IMG/VR virus record: IMGVR_UViG_3300028048_000093
Strand: one strand, 5' to 3'
DNA length: 40,086 bases
Origin: a virus
Taxonomy: Duplodnaviria > Heunggongvirae > Uroviricota > Caudoviricetes > Crassvirales
In this document: one piece after another, positions 16,122-27,300 of the stretch
Numbering within the stretch: position 1 is the stretch's first letter
How the letters are laid out: every line of letters begins with the position of its first letter
The notes under the pieces: model-generated
Databases searched by the model: none
Told to the model about the DNA's origin: nothing
Seen by the model: the letters and a program-made list of their open reading frames with translations, nothing else
Made by a program: the position numbers and the translations under genes

Positions 16122-19100
16122 TGAAGAAAGAAGCACATTTCCAAATAAAAGGTATTAGTCAGGATTTGGCTTATCAGCTTTTTAATCCCCAGTATGCCTT
16201 TGAAATGAGGAACATCAGGCTCTCTACTACTGAAGAGGGTTCTCTGCTTAGCATGACTAATGAGAAGGGTAACTCCTACATGGGTCAGCTTGTTACTGAT
16301 GATGGAAACACAGTTACTTTGACTGTGCTAGGTACTGGTGTGTTTTCTGACTACTGTATTGTCTTTGCTACTACTACCAATGGAAGTACTACTGGTGATG
16401 ACTACATTCTATGTGTCAAAAGTGATGGTAATGTATATGAATACTATAAGGGCAATCTTGGCTTCAGTGACAATAGTCCCATAAGGACTATCTGTGTCTA
16501 TGAAAATGAGGATGTCCAAAAGGTATATTGGATTGATGGTATCAATGTCCCTAGGGTAGCTAATGTTGCTCCTAGTGCTGTTGCTGATGAAGGCAGAGAC
16601 CTTAAGCACCATCAGAAGTTTGATTTCCTGCCTGCTATTGATTTCGATAATCATAATGAGGAAGTTACAATTACCAAGCAGTCTGGTGGTCAATTCCCTT
16701 CTGGTGTAATTCAGTACGCATTTACATACTCTGACAAGAACTTGCAGGAAACTAATATTGTCTATAGGTCTCCTCTGTTTTACTCTACTCAGTCAAATAG
16801 AGGTGCATCTGCTGAGACTACCTGTAATGTTGCCTTTAAGCTGGATATTAAGAACCCTGACATAAGGTTTGACTATATCCAGTTGTATGTCATTGTCAGA
16901 ACTTCCCTCAATGCCAAGCCTGGAGTTTACAGGATTGCCAATATCCCAGTCTCAGTGGATAGTAGCAACAAGCTTACTTACACTGATAATGGAACTGGTT
17001 GGGAAACCTATTCTCCTGAGGAGCTTATAGGCAAGCAGTTGAGTACCTTTATTCCTAAGATTATTGCATCCAAGGACTCTACATTGTTCTTGGGTAACTA
17101 TACAATTACCTCTCCTTATGTTGCTCCCACTGATTTGAGCACCTTCAAGTCTGGCATCAATGTCCTCATGCAGTATGAGGATTTGAACCTTGCTGGAGGA
17201 GACTACCCATTCAATCTACAAAAGGGTAGTGAGGGTGTAAAGACTTTCAGAAATGGTGAGTGGTACAGACTTGGTATTCAGTTCCAAGATGAGAATGGTG
17301 CTATCAGTAATGTGGTTTACCTCAAGGATGTCACATCTGAAATGACAGATGACTATGAGTTCAAGAGGAAAGTCCTTAAGGCTACCATTGGAAATGTCAC
17401 TGGTATTCCATCCAAGTTCAAGAGGATGAGGCTTATGATGGTCAACAGAGAATCTCTTCCTAAGAGGATTATCTGTCAGGGTGTTCTATGTCCTACTATC
17501 TACAAGGTAAATGACAGGGTTAATAACCAGCCATTTGCTATGAGTTCATGGAACATGAGGCCCTTTCAGACTGATGCCTTTGTGGATGGTGCAATGACTC
17601 TCCCAACTGAGGCTGGTGCCCAGTGGATGACTGATATGCCAATCCTTCCTAATACTGTTATCAAAGGTGGTGAGGTTATTAATCAGCTTGACACACCAAG
17701 AGGTATTAAGATAAAGGCTGATGGAACCTTTGATGGTGATGCTAGTATGCTTATTGATACTGCTAGCCAAACAGCCATTAGGTATCACTATATTGCAGAC
17801 GCTTATATCTCTTGGTATGGTGAGCCTGATATGAGAAAATGGAAGGTGATTATTGGTTTTGGTAGAACAACTAGTGATAGTGTTGATAATGAGGCTGGTT
17901 GTGAAGAGAGATTTATCAAACATAGTTCTCCTGCCTTCTACCTCTATGCAGTAGAAGATGCTGCTAGGGCTAAAGGTTGGGACATCTATACACCATCTGG
18001 TCTTAAGTCCTACACTACTCACTGGATGATTGAGTTGCTGTCAAAGCAGTCTGATGTATCTTATCCTGAGGTTATCGTTAATAGGATTATGGAACAGTGG
18101 AGTACTGGAGACCCATTCAGTAACCCTCATGTTGAGGTGATGTCCTTTACTCTGTTGCAACATGGTAATACCTCTGGTAGGGACACTATTGTCGATGATG
18201 CTATTTATAACACATTCGATGATGCTGTTAATCAAGCTAGTAACATTCCTTACTTCTTCTGTGACCATAACATTCTTACATTCCACTCTCCTGATGTGGA
18301 AGCTAATCAGTCCCTGATTGACAATAACTCTGACATCAAGTACAGGATAGTTGGATATACTATGGTGACTAAGAGTATGTTTGATACTTACTTGACTATT
18401 GCAAAAGGCCCTTCTACTAGTGCAGAAGGTGATGGTGTGCAGAGTGTCAAGAAGAGTAGCTTGAATGGTATCTATAACACTGGTCTTTGGAAAGACACTG
18501 GTACTACTTTTGCTACCTATCTATGGCATAGGAGTTTGTCATTGGGTAGCCAGGTTTCATCTACTGATGGTATGATTCCAGGTAGCTTCTCTAGGAAAGT
18601 GTTCTCCAATGTCCACTACTGTGCTAAGTCATTCACATTCTCTAATGCTTATGAGTCACCTAGAACCTTGTACCCTGGTACTGGATATACAGAGTTTCCT
18701 GCTATGGGAACTCCTAGGGTATTTAACTCAAATGAAATTTCAGCTTTGAGCTTGGATAGACAGCCAAATGGTACTTGTATTCACAACAAGTTGATTTACT
18801 ATGGTAATGTCTCTATGGCTCATAGTGCTGGTACATACAGGGTTCCTAAGATGAAGGAGGGTAAGATTACCAATGATGAGGGAGATTACATCAGTGACTC
18901 TGCTATCATCAGATATAAGAGTACACCTCATGTGGTTATGCCTATGTCCTACCATGATTACAATGATAAGAAGTGGGCACCTTCCCTTCCAATTCCTAAT
19001 TCCTTCAGGACAGATGGCCCTAAGAATTGGAGTTACAGAACCAATGGTGATAGTGCCAGAGGTTATATGTGGGCTACTGCTGCACATGAGTTTTGGAGGA

Positions 19101-20620
19101 ACACAGTCAACATGAACTATGATGGTCAGGAGAGTGTTAAAAACTATGATGGACTACTGTATATAGCAGAGCTTTATCAAGACCTTTCTGCTAATCAGAT
19201 ATATGGTGATACTAGTGAGGAAAATCTCTCTAAGCATACTTGGGTTCCTATAAGTGACTGGGAGCCTATCAAGGTTGGTAATTCTCTACTTGGTTATGGA
19301 GACACTTTCATTGGAAGATGGGATTGTCTGAAGACCTATTCCTTCTCTGAGGATGATAACCAAAGCTATGTGGATGTAACCTCATTCATTGTGGAGAGTG
19401 ACATTAACTTGGAAAGTAGGTATGATAACTATAAGGGTATCTCTGATGCTACTATGGTTAATCCTACCAACTTTAATTTGTTCAATCCTGTATATAATCA
19501 GGTTGACAATTTCTTCCAATATAGTTATGTTACCTCTGATGAGGCTCTAGACAATTTCCAGAATCAGGCTTGCTGGTCTGAAGTGAAAACACTTGGTGAG
19601 GAACTTGACACTTGGTCACAGATTAATGTTGGTAACAACATTGATTTCCAAGGAGAGTATGGTCAGTTGAGGGCTGCTGCTAACTTGGCTAACAACCTGT
19701 ATTTCTTCCAAGATAATGCTGTCTATAAGCTGAACTACAATACTAGAGTTGCTATATCACCTAGTGATGGTGTGCCTATCCAAATCTCTAACAACTATAG
19801 AGTTGACCCACCATTGCTTATCAAGCAGCACTGTGGAACCACTAGTCAGGATAAGATTATAGTTACACCAAACTTCCTGTATTTCCATGACAAGAATAGA
19901 GGTAGGCTGTTTACTATCAACTCTAGGGATGAGATTAATGACCTATCTGGAGAGAAGGGAGTGAACTCACTCCTTAGCAAGCTGGGTGATACTGATAAGC
20001 TATTCTATGACCCAATGGTCAAGGATGTATATCTGAATTTCAATGCAGCTTCTCTAGCCTTCAATGAGGACCTGATGGAGTTTACATCATTATACGACTA
20101 CCAAGGTATTACTTCTTTGTTCTCACTTGATGGTAAGTCCTTTGTTACCTATGGTAATGGATGGTTCATGCAGAGAGAGGGTGATTACAACTACTTCTTT
20201 GTCAAGACTACAGAGCCACTTGATACTGACTATAAACCTTTCTATATTGAGGTTATGGCTAATCAGGAACCACTCAGTGATAAGACTTTCACTGATGTTG
20301 AGTACACTATGGTTGGAAGCAATGATGCTGAAATGAGTGAAGCCAAAGATGAGAATAATCACCTTGAGCCTTTGGATTCATTTGATGTCTTGAAGACCAC
20401 CACAAGTTATCAAGAGGGAGAAAGCAATCTTGTTGCTCTTAGAGCAAAGCCTTCTAACCTTAAGAGGAAGTTTAGGCAATGGAGAGCTGAAATCCCAAGA
20501 GCTACTGGTTCTATGGATAGAATGAGAGATTCTTGGATGAAGGCTAAGTTGATAAAGAATAAACCAAATGCAAACAGGTATAGAGTGAATAACATAAACA
20601 TTACCTATTTGCCAACATAA
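16121..20620 (+). CDS. Muzzle / tail stabilisation protein (P22 gp10-like)
   Basis: 1499 aa; AFEMRNIRL N-terminus, YWIDGINVPR, GDTFIGRWDCLKTY, C-terminal LKRKFRQWRAEIPR...RMRDSWMK. Confidence 0.8.
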   Translation: MKKEAHFQIKGISQDLAYQLFNPQYAFEMRNIRLSTTEEGSLLSMTNEKGNSYMGQLVTDDGNTVTLTVLGTGVFSDYCIVFATTTNGSTTGDDYILCVKSDGNVYEYYKGNLGFSDNSPIRTICVYENEDVQKVYWIDGINVPRVANVAPSAVADEGRDLKHHQKFDFLPAIDFDNHNEEVTITKQSGGQFPSGVIQYAFTYSDKNLQETNIVYRSPLFYSTQSNRGASAETTCNVAFKLDIKNPDIRFDYIQLYVIVRTSLNAKPGVYRIANIPVSVDSSNKLTYTDNGTGWETYSPEELIGKQLSTFIPKIIASKDSTLFLGNYTITSPYVAPTDLSTFKSGINVLMQYEDLNLAGGDYPFNLQKGSEGVKTFRNGEWYRLGIQFQDENGAISNVVYLKDVTSEMTDDYEFKRKVLKATIGNVTGIPSKFKRMRLMMVNRESLPKRIICQGVLCPTIYKVNDRVNNQPFAMSSWNMRPFQTDAFVDGAMTLPTEAGAQWMTDMPILPNTVIKGGEVINQLDTPRGIKIKADGTFDGDASMLIDTASQTAIRYHYIADAYISWYGEPDMRKWKVIIGFGRTTSDSVDNEAGCEERFIKHSSPAFYLYAVEDAARAKGWDIYTPSGLKSYTTHWMIELLSKQSDVSYPEVIVNRIMEQWSTGDPFSNPHVEVMSFTLLQHGNTSGRDTIVDDAIYNTFDDAVNQASNIPYFFCDHNILTFHSPDVEANQSLIDNNSDIKYRIVGYTMVTKSMFDTYLTIAKGPSTSAEGDGVQSVKKSSLNGIYNTGLWKDTGTTFATYLWHRSLSLGSQVSSTDGMIPGSFSRKVFSNVHYCAKSFTFSNAYESPRTLYPGTGYTEFPAMGTPRVFNSNEISALSLDRQPNGTCIHNKLIYYGNVSMAHSAGTYRVPKMKEGKITNDEGDYISDSAIIRYKSTPHVVMPMSYHDYNDKKWAPSLPIPNSFRTDGPKNWSYRTNGDSARGYMWATAAHEFWRNTVNMNYDGQESVKNYDGLLYIAELYQDLSANQIYGDTSEENLSKHTWVPISDWEPIKVGNSLLGYGDTFIGRWDCLKTYSFSEDDNQSYVDVTSFIVESDINLESRYDNYKGISDATMVNPTNFNLFNPVYNQVDNFFQYSYVTSDEALDNFQNQACWSEVKTLGEELDTWSQINVGNNIDFQGEYGQLRAAANLANNLYFFQDNAVYKLNYNTRVAISPSDGVPIQISNNYRVDPPLLIKQHCGTTSQDKIIVTPNFLYFHDKNRGRLFTINSRDEINDLSGEKGVNSLLSKLGDTDKLFYDPMVKDVYLNFNAASLAFNEDLMEFTSLYDYQGITSLFSLDGKSFVTYGNGWFMQREGDYNYFFVKTTEPLDTDYKPFYIEVMANQEPLSDKTFTDVEYTMVGSNDAEMSEAKDENNHLEPLDSFDVLKTTTSYQEGESNLVALRAKPSNLKRKFRQWRAEIPRATGSMDRMRDSWMKAKLIKNKPNANRYRVNNINITYLPT

Positions 20621-20622
20621 GC

Positions 20623-20685
20623 AGTTGCAGTTACAAAGTAATTTCCTAAGTTACTTGTGTAACTGCAACTTTTTTATTACCTTTG
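20623..20685 (+). terminator. Terminator (13-bp perfect arms plus T6) overlapping a TTG-N20-TAnnTTTG promoter for the cargo genes
   Basis: agttgcagttaca (20623-20635) and tgtaactgcaact (20658-20670); ttg at 20655-20657, tacctttg at 20678-20685. Confidence 0.8.
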
Positions 20686-20710
20686 CACAAAATTCTAAAT
20701 AAGTATAACT

Positions 20711-22636
20711 ATGGCAACAATACTTCCAGATTATCTGATGGATAATGCTACAGCTGTTAGGTCAGGCGCAGCCAGTTCTGTAAACATGACCACTGGGGTT
20801 GATGCAGCCAGTGGAGCAGGTGCAGGACTTGGTGCTTACCTTGGTGCTGGTATGGGCTTGCTAAATGCCTACAACACATTCTCAGCTAATTCACAGATAT
20901 TGAATACGGATGCTTACACAGACTACTATAAGCAGTTTGGTGCTCAGACTTACAAGGGTGACTTTAACAGCCTTGTAGCTCAGAGAAGGAACTCATACCT
21001 CTCTGCTGCCCCCTCATGGAGAAAAATTAGGGGTATGACTAGTGGTCAGAAAACTTCAAGTGCTATCACTTCTGCTGCTTCTGGTGCTATGGCTGGAGCA
21101 GGATTTGGCCCTTGGGGTGCTGGTATTGGTGCTCTTATTGGTCTTGGTGCCAGTTTGCTAGGTAGTGCTAGAGGTGACTCTGAGGCTAAGGAGAGAGCAG
21201 AGGAACTGGCTAGGGAGAGAGAAAAGGCTCTTGCTGATAACCAAGCCGCATATCTTACAGGTTTGGATAATGCTACTGCTGATGTTCATCATCAGGCTAT
21301 GGCTAATATCTCAGCCTTTGGTGGCCCACTTGATTTTGGCTTCATGCCTGTAGGTGGTGCTATTGATTATGAGCTTGCACAAAAGAGGCTACAGATTATG
21401 GATAATAGGAACAGGGATAAGAATCCTACTCCTATCTATGCACTGGGTGGCTCACTTCAGAGTAATGGTGCTGACTGGACAAATGGTATAATCATTGTTG
21501 GTAATGGTGGAACCCATGAGCAAAATCCCCTTGAGGGTGTTCAGATGGGTGTAGCACCTGATGGTACACCTAATCTAGTAGAGGAAGGTGAGGTTATCTT
21601 TGATGACTATGTGTTCAGTGATAGAATCAAAGTACCTAAGAGTGTTAGAGAGAAACTCAAGCTTAGGGGTAAAGATGGTATGACCTTTGCTGATGCTGCT
21701 AAGAAAGCTCAGAAAGAATCAGAGGAGAGACCCAATGACCCAATTAGTGCAAGGAGTCTTGAAGATATTATGAGCAAACTGATGGTAGAGCAAGAATCTA
21801 TCAGACAGAAGAAAGCAGCTGGTAGTAAGAAGTTTGCTCATGGTGGTCATCTTGGTCTGTTGTTTGATGGTCTTGGTGATAACCCACAATGGTTGAAGGG
21901 TCTTAGGTTTATTCCAGCTGTAGGTGCTGGTATTGGTGTAGCAACTGACCTTCTTGGTCTTACTAACAAGCCAGACTATAGTCATGCTGATTCTATTAGA
22001 ATGGCTGCTGAAAATGCTACTAATGGTATCACAGATGTTTCATTCACCCCAGTTGGCAATTACTTGACCTACAAACCATTTGATAGGTTCTTCTATACTA
22101 ACCAGCTTGGTGCTCAGTCTGCTGCTACAAGGAGAGCAATAAGGAATAGCTCAAATGGTAACAGGGCTACTGCTATTGCAGGGCTTCTAGCTGCTGATTT
22201 CAATGCTCAAACCCAGCTTGGTAATCTGTTCAGACAAGCAGAGGAGTACAACTTAGGACAGAGGGAGAGAGTTGAAAACTTTAATAGGGCAACTAATGAG
22301 TTTAACTCTGAAGGATTCCTTAAGGCTGCTATGGCTAATGCAGAGAATAACCAAAAGAAAGCTAGCATCCTAGTCTCAGCTGCTGAAAAGGCTGCTGCCT
22401 TGAAGCAGGCTGCTGATGACAGGGCAGGTGCAGCAAGGTCTGCTAATCTGACTAACCTGTTTGATAGCCTTGGTGATATTGGCAGAGAAGCATTTGCTAT
22501 GGATATGATTAAGAATAACAGAGGTCTTCTCTATGACTGGATGGGAAGATATAAGGGTAAGCTACTTGATGATGCTGATGGTAAACCCAAAGCTTGTGGT
22601 GGTTTCCTAACTATTAAAAAGAAGAGGAGGAAGTAA
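20711..22636 (+). CDS. Virion cargo/ejection protein 1 with glycine-zipper membrane segments
   Basis: GAGLGAYLGAGMGLL and GAGFGPWGAGIGALIGLGASLLG segments; repeated xxGGxL motifs; central GGTHEQNPLEGV...NLVEEGEVIFDDYVFSDRI domain. Confidence 0.7.
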   Translation: MATILPDYLMDNATAVRSGAASSVNMTTGVDAASGAGAGLGAYLGAGMGLLNAYNTFSANSQILNTDAYTDYYKQFGAQTYKGDFNSLVAQRRNSYLSAAPSWRKIRGMTSGQKTSSAITSAASGAMAGAGFGPWGAGIGALIGLGASLLGSARGDSEAKERAEELAREREKALADNQAAYLTGLDNATADVHHQAMANISAFGGPLDFGFMPVGGAIDYELAQKRLQIMDNRNRDKNPTPIYALGGSLQSNGADWTNGIIIVGNGGTHEQNPLEGVQMGVAPDGTPNLVEEGEVIFDDYVFSDRIKVPKSVREKLKLRGKDGMTFADAAKKAQKESEERPNDPISARSLEDIMSKLMVEQESIRQKKAAGSKKFAHGGHLGLLFDGLGDNPQWLKGLRFIPAVGAGIGVATDLLGLTNKPDYSHADSIRMAAENATNGITDVSFTPVGNYLTYKPFDRFFYTNQLGAQSAATRRAIRNSSNGNRATAIAGLLAADFNAQTQLGNLFRQAEEYNLGQRERVENFNRATNEFNSEGFLKAAMANAENNQKKASILVSAAEKAAALKQAADDRAGAARSANLTNLFDSLGDIGREAFAMDMIKNNRGLLYDWMGRYKGKLLDDADGKPKACGGFLTIKKKRRK

Positions 22637-22637
22637 T

Positions 22638-24332
22638 ATGCCTAACTATAGTTTAGTAATAAATAGCAAGTTCAAGCCATTTTCCTATCAGGAACTTCTA
22701 CAGCCTGCTCTGATGTCTACACAGGCACATCAGGCTGTAGAGGAAGCTTATGCAGACTTGGCTACCAAGGCTAACATCTGGGATAAGATGACAGAGCCAG
22801 GAAGTAAGGCTCACAGTATGTATGAGGCTTACTCACAGGACTTGGAGAAGTATGCAGACAGGTTGGCTAGGTATGGTCTTACTCCTTCTGACAGACAGGC
22901 TATGCTCAATATGAGGTCTAGGTATTCTACTGACATTGTGCCTATTGAGCAGGCTTATAAGAGGAGAGAGGAACAGGCAAAGGAACAAGCCAAGATTATG
23001 GCTAGTGACCCAACTCACTTCTTTGCCAGACAAGCATCCACTACTTCATTGGATGATTACATTGCTAATCCATCCCTTGATACTCTCACTCAGAACTATA
23101 GTGGTGCCCTCCTTACTCAGCAAGTTGCAAATGCAGCTTCTGCCTTGGCTAAGGATGCAAGAAATGACCCAAAGGTTCAGACTGAACTTAGAAAGCTTCT
23201 ACCTTATCAGTATGAAGCAATCAGAAGGACAGGCTTTGACCCTGAGACTGTAAGACAAGCTATTCTGAATAGCCCTGATGCTGACAAAATACTCACAGGT
23301 ATTGTTGATACAGCTATGGCTAACTCAGGTATGAATGACTGGAACTACATATCTCCTGAGGATAAGGAGAGAATCCTTGCACAGGCTAGGAACTATGCTA
23401 ACCAAGGTCTATGGTCTGCTGTTGGTCAGACTCAGTATAATATGGTTACTGACCAGTATGGTATGCACTCTGCCCTTGAAGCTACAAGACATAGCAATGC
23501 TATGAAGGAGGCTGCTGCCAAGAATGGAGACCCAACTGGCACTGGTAATCCTAAATATAGGATGATTGCCAATACAAGGGTTCAAGGTGATACCTCTAAA
23601 CTAAAGGAAGACCTTGAGTTCCTACAGAGCATTGGTGATGGAAAGATTTCCAAGCTGTCTAAGGAAAAGAGAAAGTCTAATTATGGCCCTGCTACTAGAA
23701 TGTATCTAGGTCAGTATGGTATTCACCCAGCTGAGTATGAGCCATCTGAATATGATGTAGCTCTCAACAGATATAAGAGTATAGCAAAGAAGTATGGTCT
23801 CAGCCCAGCATCTTGGGGTCCAAATGTTCATAAGACTCTTGTTGATAGGATTAACAAGGACATCAGGAGTAATGTTACTAGGGCTATGACCTATCAGATG
23901 AACATGACTGACCAATCTCAGCTGGCTCAAATCCTTGAAGAGAACTCTAACACAATGTTCAGAGGTAACAGGAACAGGAGTGGATTGAGGATGCTTAATG
24001 ATGATGGTACAGTTGGCAGTCAGGTTACAGCTGAAGAGGCTGGAGAAATCTTCGGTGAGGGTAAGGGCTTTAACTTCTCTTATGACCCAACTACAGGTTA
24101 TTTGTTAAGCTTCAGGGATAAGGATAATAAGTTCAGGACTGCTATTGTAGACCCAGAGCTTATCAACTTTGGAGGTAATGACTACACCCGTGCCCATAAC
24201 TATGTTCAGCAGTACTTGAATCATGGTCAGACACAAGAGGCACAGGATTTGATTGATGAAATGATGACTTCTCTCTATTATAGGTTCAATACCCAGGGAG
24301 TTAAACAATCAGCTACAGGAAAGGTAGAATAA
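22638..24332 (+). CDS. Virion cargo protein 2
   Basis: 564 aa; crAss-type N-terminus (SKFKPFSYQELLQP); coupled to the flanking genes by TAA-T-ATG junctions. Confidence 0.65.
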   Translation: MPNYSLVINSKFKPFSYQELLQPALMSTQAHQAVEEAYADLATKANIWDKMTEPGSKAHSMYEAYSQDLEKYADRLARYGLTPSDRQAMLNMRSRYSTDIVPIEQAYKRREEQAKEQAKIMASDPTHFFARQASTTSLDDYIANPSLDTLTQNYSGALLTQQVANAASALAKDARNDPKVQTELRKLLPYQYEAIRRTGFDPETVRQAILNSPDADKILTGIVDTAMANSGMNDWNYISPEDKERILAQARNYANQGLWSAVGQTQYNMVTDQYGMHSALEATRHSNAMKEAAAKNGDPTGTGNPKYRMIANTRVQGDTSKLKEDLEFLQSIGDGKISKLSKEKRKSNYGPATRMYLGQYGIHPAEYEPSEYDVALNRYKSIAKKYGLSPASWGPNVHKTLVDRINKDIRSNVTRAMTYQMNMTDQSQLAQILEENSNTMFRGNRNRSGLRMLNDDGTVGSQVTAEEAGEIFGEGKGFNFSYDPTTGYLLSFRDKDNKFRTAIVDPELINFGGNDYTRAHNYVQQYLNHGQTQEAQDLIDEMMTSLYYRFNTQGVKQSATGKVE

Positions 24333-24333
24333 T

Positions 24334-27300
24334 ATGGCAACAGAACAGACAATAAAAGACCCAAGAGAGGTTGGTACACAAGGACTGAGAGGTCTCTCAT
24401 TCTTACCAGAGAGACCTGATGGTCTTCACCTTGGCAGGTCTGCTAGAGAATACAATACTCTACAAAACTATAAGAACATCAATACTGCTCCAGTTCAGGA
24501 ACTAGGTGAACTATTTCCTGAAGCTGGAAGCAGCAAGTATGATACTGCTGTAGAGAGTCTTACTGACTTGGAGAATCTACAGGATATTAGGGCTGAGGAA
24601 CAGCCTTGGTATGCTAAGATAGGTGCTGGTCTTGCTAAAGGACTGGTACTGGCAGGTACTACTTTCCTTGATGGTACTATAGGACTTGTTGTTGGTGCTG
24701 GTACTGCTATTGGAGAAGGAAGATGGTCAGGTCTTTGGGATAATGAGTTCTCCAAGGCTATGAAGGCAGTCAATGACTCTATGGAGGAAAAACTGCCTAA
24801 CTACTATAGTCAGGAAGAGCTTAACTCACCCTGGTATGAGAATATCTTCACTGCTAACTTTATTGGTGACAAGTTCATCAAGAACCTTGGTTTCAGTGTA
24901 GGTGCTCTGTACAGTGGTGGTGTCTGGACTAAACCTTTAACCCTTGGAGGCAGAATTGCACAAGGTATTGGACTTGTTACTGAGACTTCCAAGGCACCTG
25001 CTATGGTAAACACATTCGTGGGTGCTGGTATATCCTCTCTTAATGAGGGAAGAATAGAGGCTCTTAACAATAGCACAGACTGGTACAATGTTCAGAAACA
25101 GCAACTTGATGATTCAATCAAGGGGGTCATCAAGGGTATTACTGAAGAGTATGAGGCTAATGCAGGTAAAGAGCTTGTGAAAAGTCCTGATGGTAATGGG
25201 GCTTATGACCCAGCATACAAGACCTATCAGGATAAGCTACAGAAAGTTGAAGAGACATATCAGGCTACACTTGCTAAGATGAATGAGGATAGGGCCAAGA
25301 TGGGTAATGTTGATATGCTTATGAACATTCCTATTCTTATGGCATCCAACATCCTACAGTTCAGCAAGTTCTACGCTAATGGATATAAGACTGCCAGAAA
25401 GACCAGTAACATTGTTGGTGAGGCTGGTGCATACACCACTCAGAAGTCAAAGGCTGGAGGTATTTGGGCAGTCACTAAGGGTGCTACCTCAGAAGGTGTT
25501 GAGGAAATAAGCCAGAGTGCTGCAAGCAGAATCTCAGGTGATTACTATGAGGATGATGTGAACAACTTCTATAAGGCTAGAATCAACCCTGAGGCAGAGC
25601 AGGAAACCCTGTCATGGATGAAGTCCTTTGCTCAGGGTATCAATGAAACAGTCAATGATGGCAGTGCTTGGGAAGAGTTCTTTATTGGTACTCTTACAGG
25701 TGCTCTTGGTATTCCTACCTTTAAGAAAAGAGCCAATGGCAAGTATGGCATTGGTATTGAGGGTGGTGCAGCCAATGAGTATAGCCAGTATAGGGAGCAG
25801 ATGGCTAGGGAACAGGAGATTGCTGACTATATGAATAGTAGAGTACAGTCACCTGAGTTCCTTAACTACTACCAAGGTCTTATCAGGCATAACAAGTATC
25901 AGAATGATATGAACCAGGCTGTTGAGGATGGTGATGAGTTTGAGTTCAAAAATGCTGAACACGCACAACTTGTCTCAGACATTATCATGTTTGACAATGC
26001 TGGTAAGCTTGGAGACCTTAAGACCCTTATCAATGAGGCTTATGATACCTCAGATGAGAACCTTGATACTATCATTAGGAACACTACATCTGTGGTTGAA
26101 AATGCTGATGGAAGCAAGAGTCTTGCTGGCCCATTTGCAGAATATGCCTACCTTGATGATAATGGTCAGATTGCCTCTAACCTTGCAGATGAGAATGACA
26201 AGGCTGCAATGATTGGTAAGCTTACTGCTTCCAAGGAGGAAATGACCAGTACTATTGAGGAGTACCAGAAGATTAAGGATGATATTGACATCAGAACAGG
26301 TGAGAGACTTACTGATGAACAGCTTGAGGAACTTACTTGGATGAGGTCACAGCTTGGCAACTGGGCTGAGAGGGCTACTGCTGTCTCAGGAGAAGTCAAG
26401 GGTGCTATCAGTAATGTGATTGGAAACCTTGACGGCTTTGCTTCATTCTATGAGCAGATTAGGGACTTTGAAGGTCAGAACCATGCTGAACTGACTGACA
26501 GGTATAAGCAGGCTGATGAAAGTGCAAGAAAGATTAGGGCAGCTATCCAGACTCTTGATATTATCAGGAAGTCTGATGATGATAAGCTTGCTGCTACTAT
26601 TGCATCAAGTCCTGAGTTTGTAGATGGTCTCATTGACCAGATTGAAAGCCTTGATGAGACAGTCATGGGTACTGAATCTAAGGATGATATTATTGCAAAA
26701 CTGAGGGATATAGTCAAGCTTGGTAATGCAAGCAAGACCTATAAGGCTAAACTCGAAGAGTACCTTAAGAACCCTGAGGCTCAGGCTAAGTCACATCAGC
26801 AGGCTTATGAGCAGGCTGCAAAAGAGGAAGCTACCAGACAATCCAAGGGTCTCAAGGAGGCTTTGGAAGGTGCTGAGAATATACAACAGTTCAGAGAGGC
26901 TATTGCAAGTGAGGAAGATATAGAGAGTAGGGATAATGTGCTTAGAGACCTTGAAGCATCTGGCAACCAAATGGCAAAGAACTACAGGGAAACTGAGCAG
27001 TATAACAGGGAAGTAAGAAGAAAGATAGAGGAGTCTGATGCAAGTGAGCAGGAGAAACAAGATGCTCTTAAACTCCTTCAAGACCAATACAACTATTCTG
27101 AAACCCTAGAGCAGATTGCTAATCCTAACTCTGTCTTTGTCACTAATGAAAATGCCTTTGATGAGACATCTGAGTCCCCTGAGGAGGCTCTTAACAGGTT
27201 CACTGCTGCACAATACCTATTGCAGACTGCAATGTATGGTGCTAATGAGGATGTCAAGTTCAAGGATAGGTTCTCTGATGCTTACAGAGCACCTGCTAAG

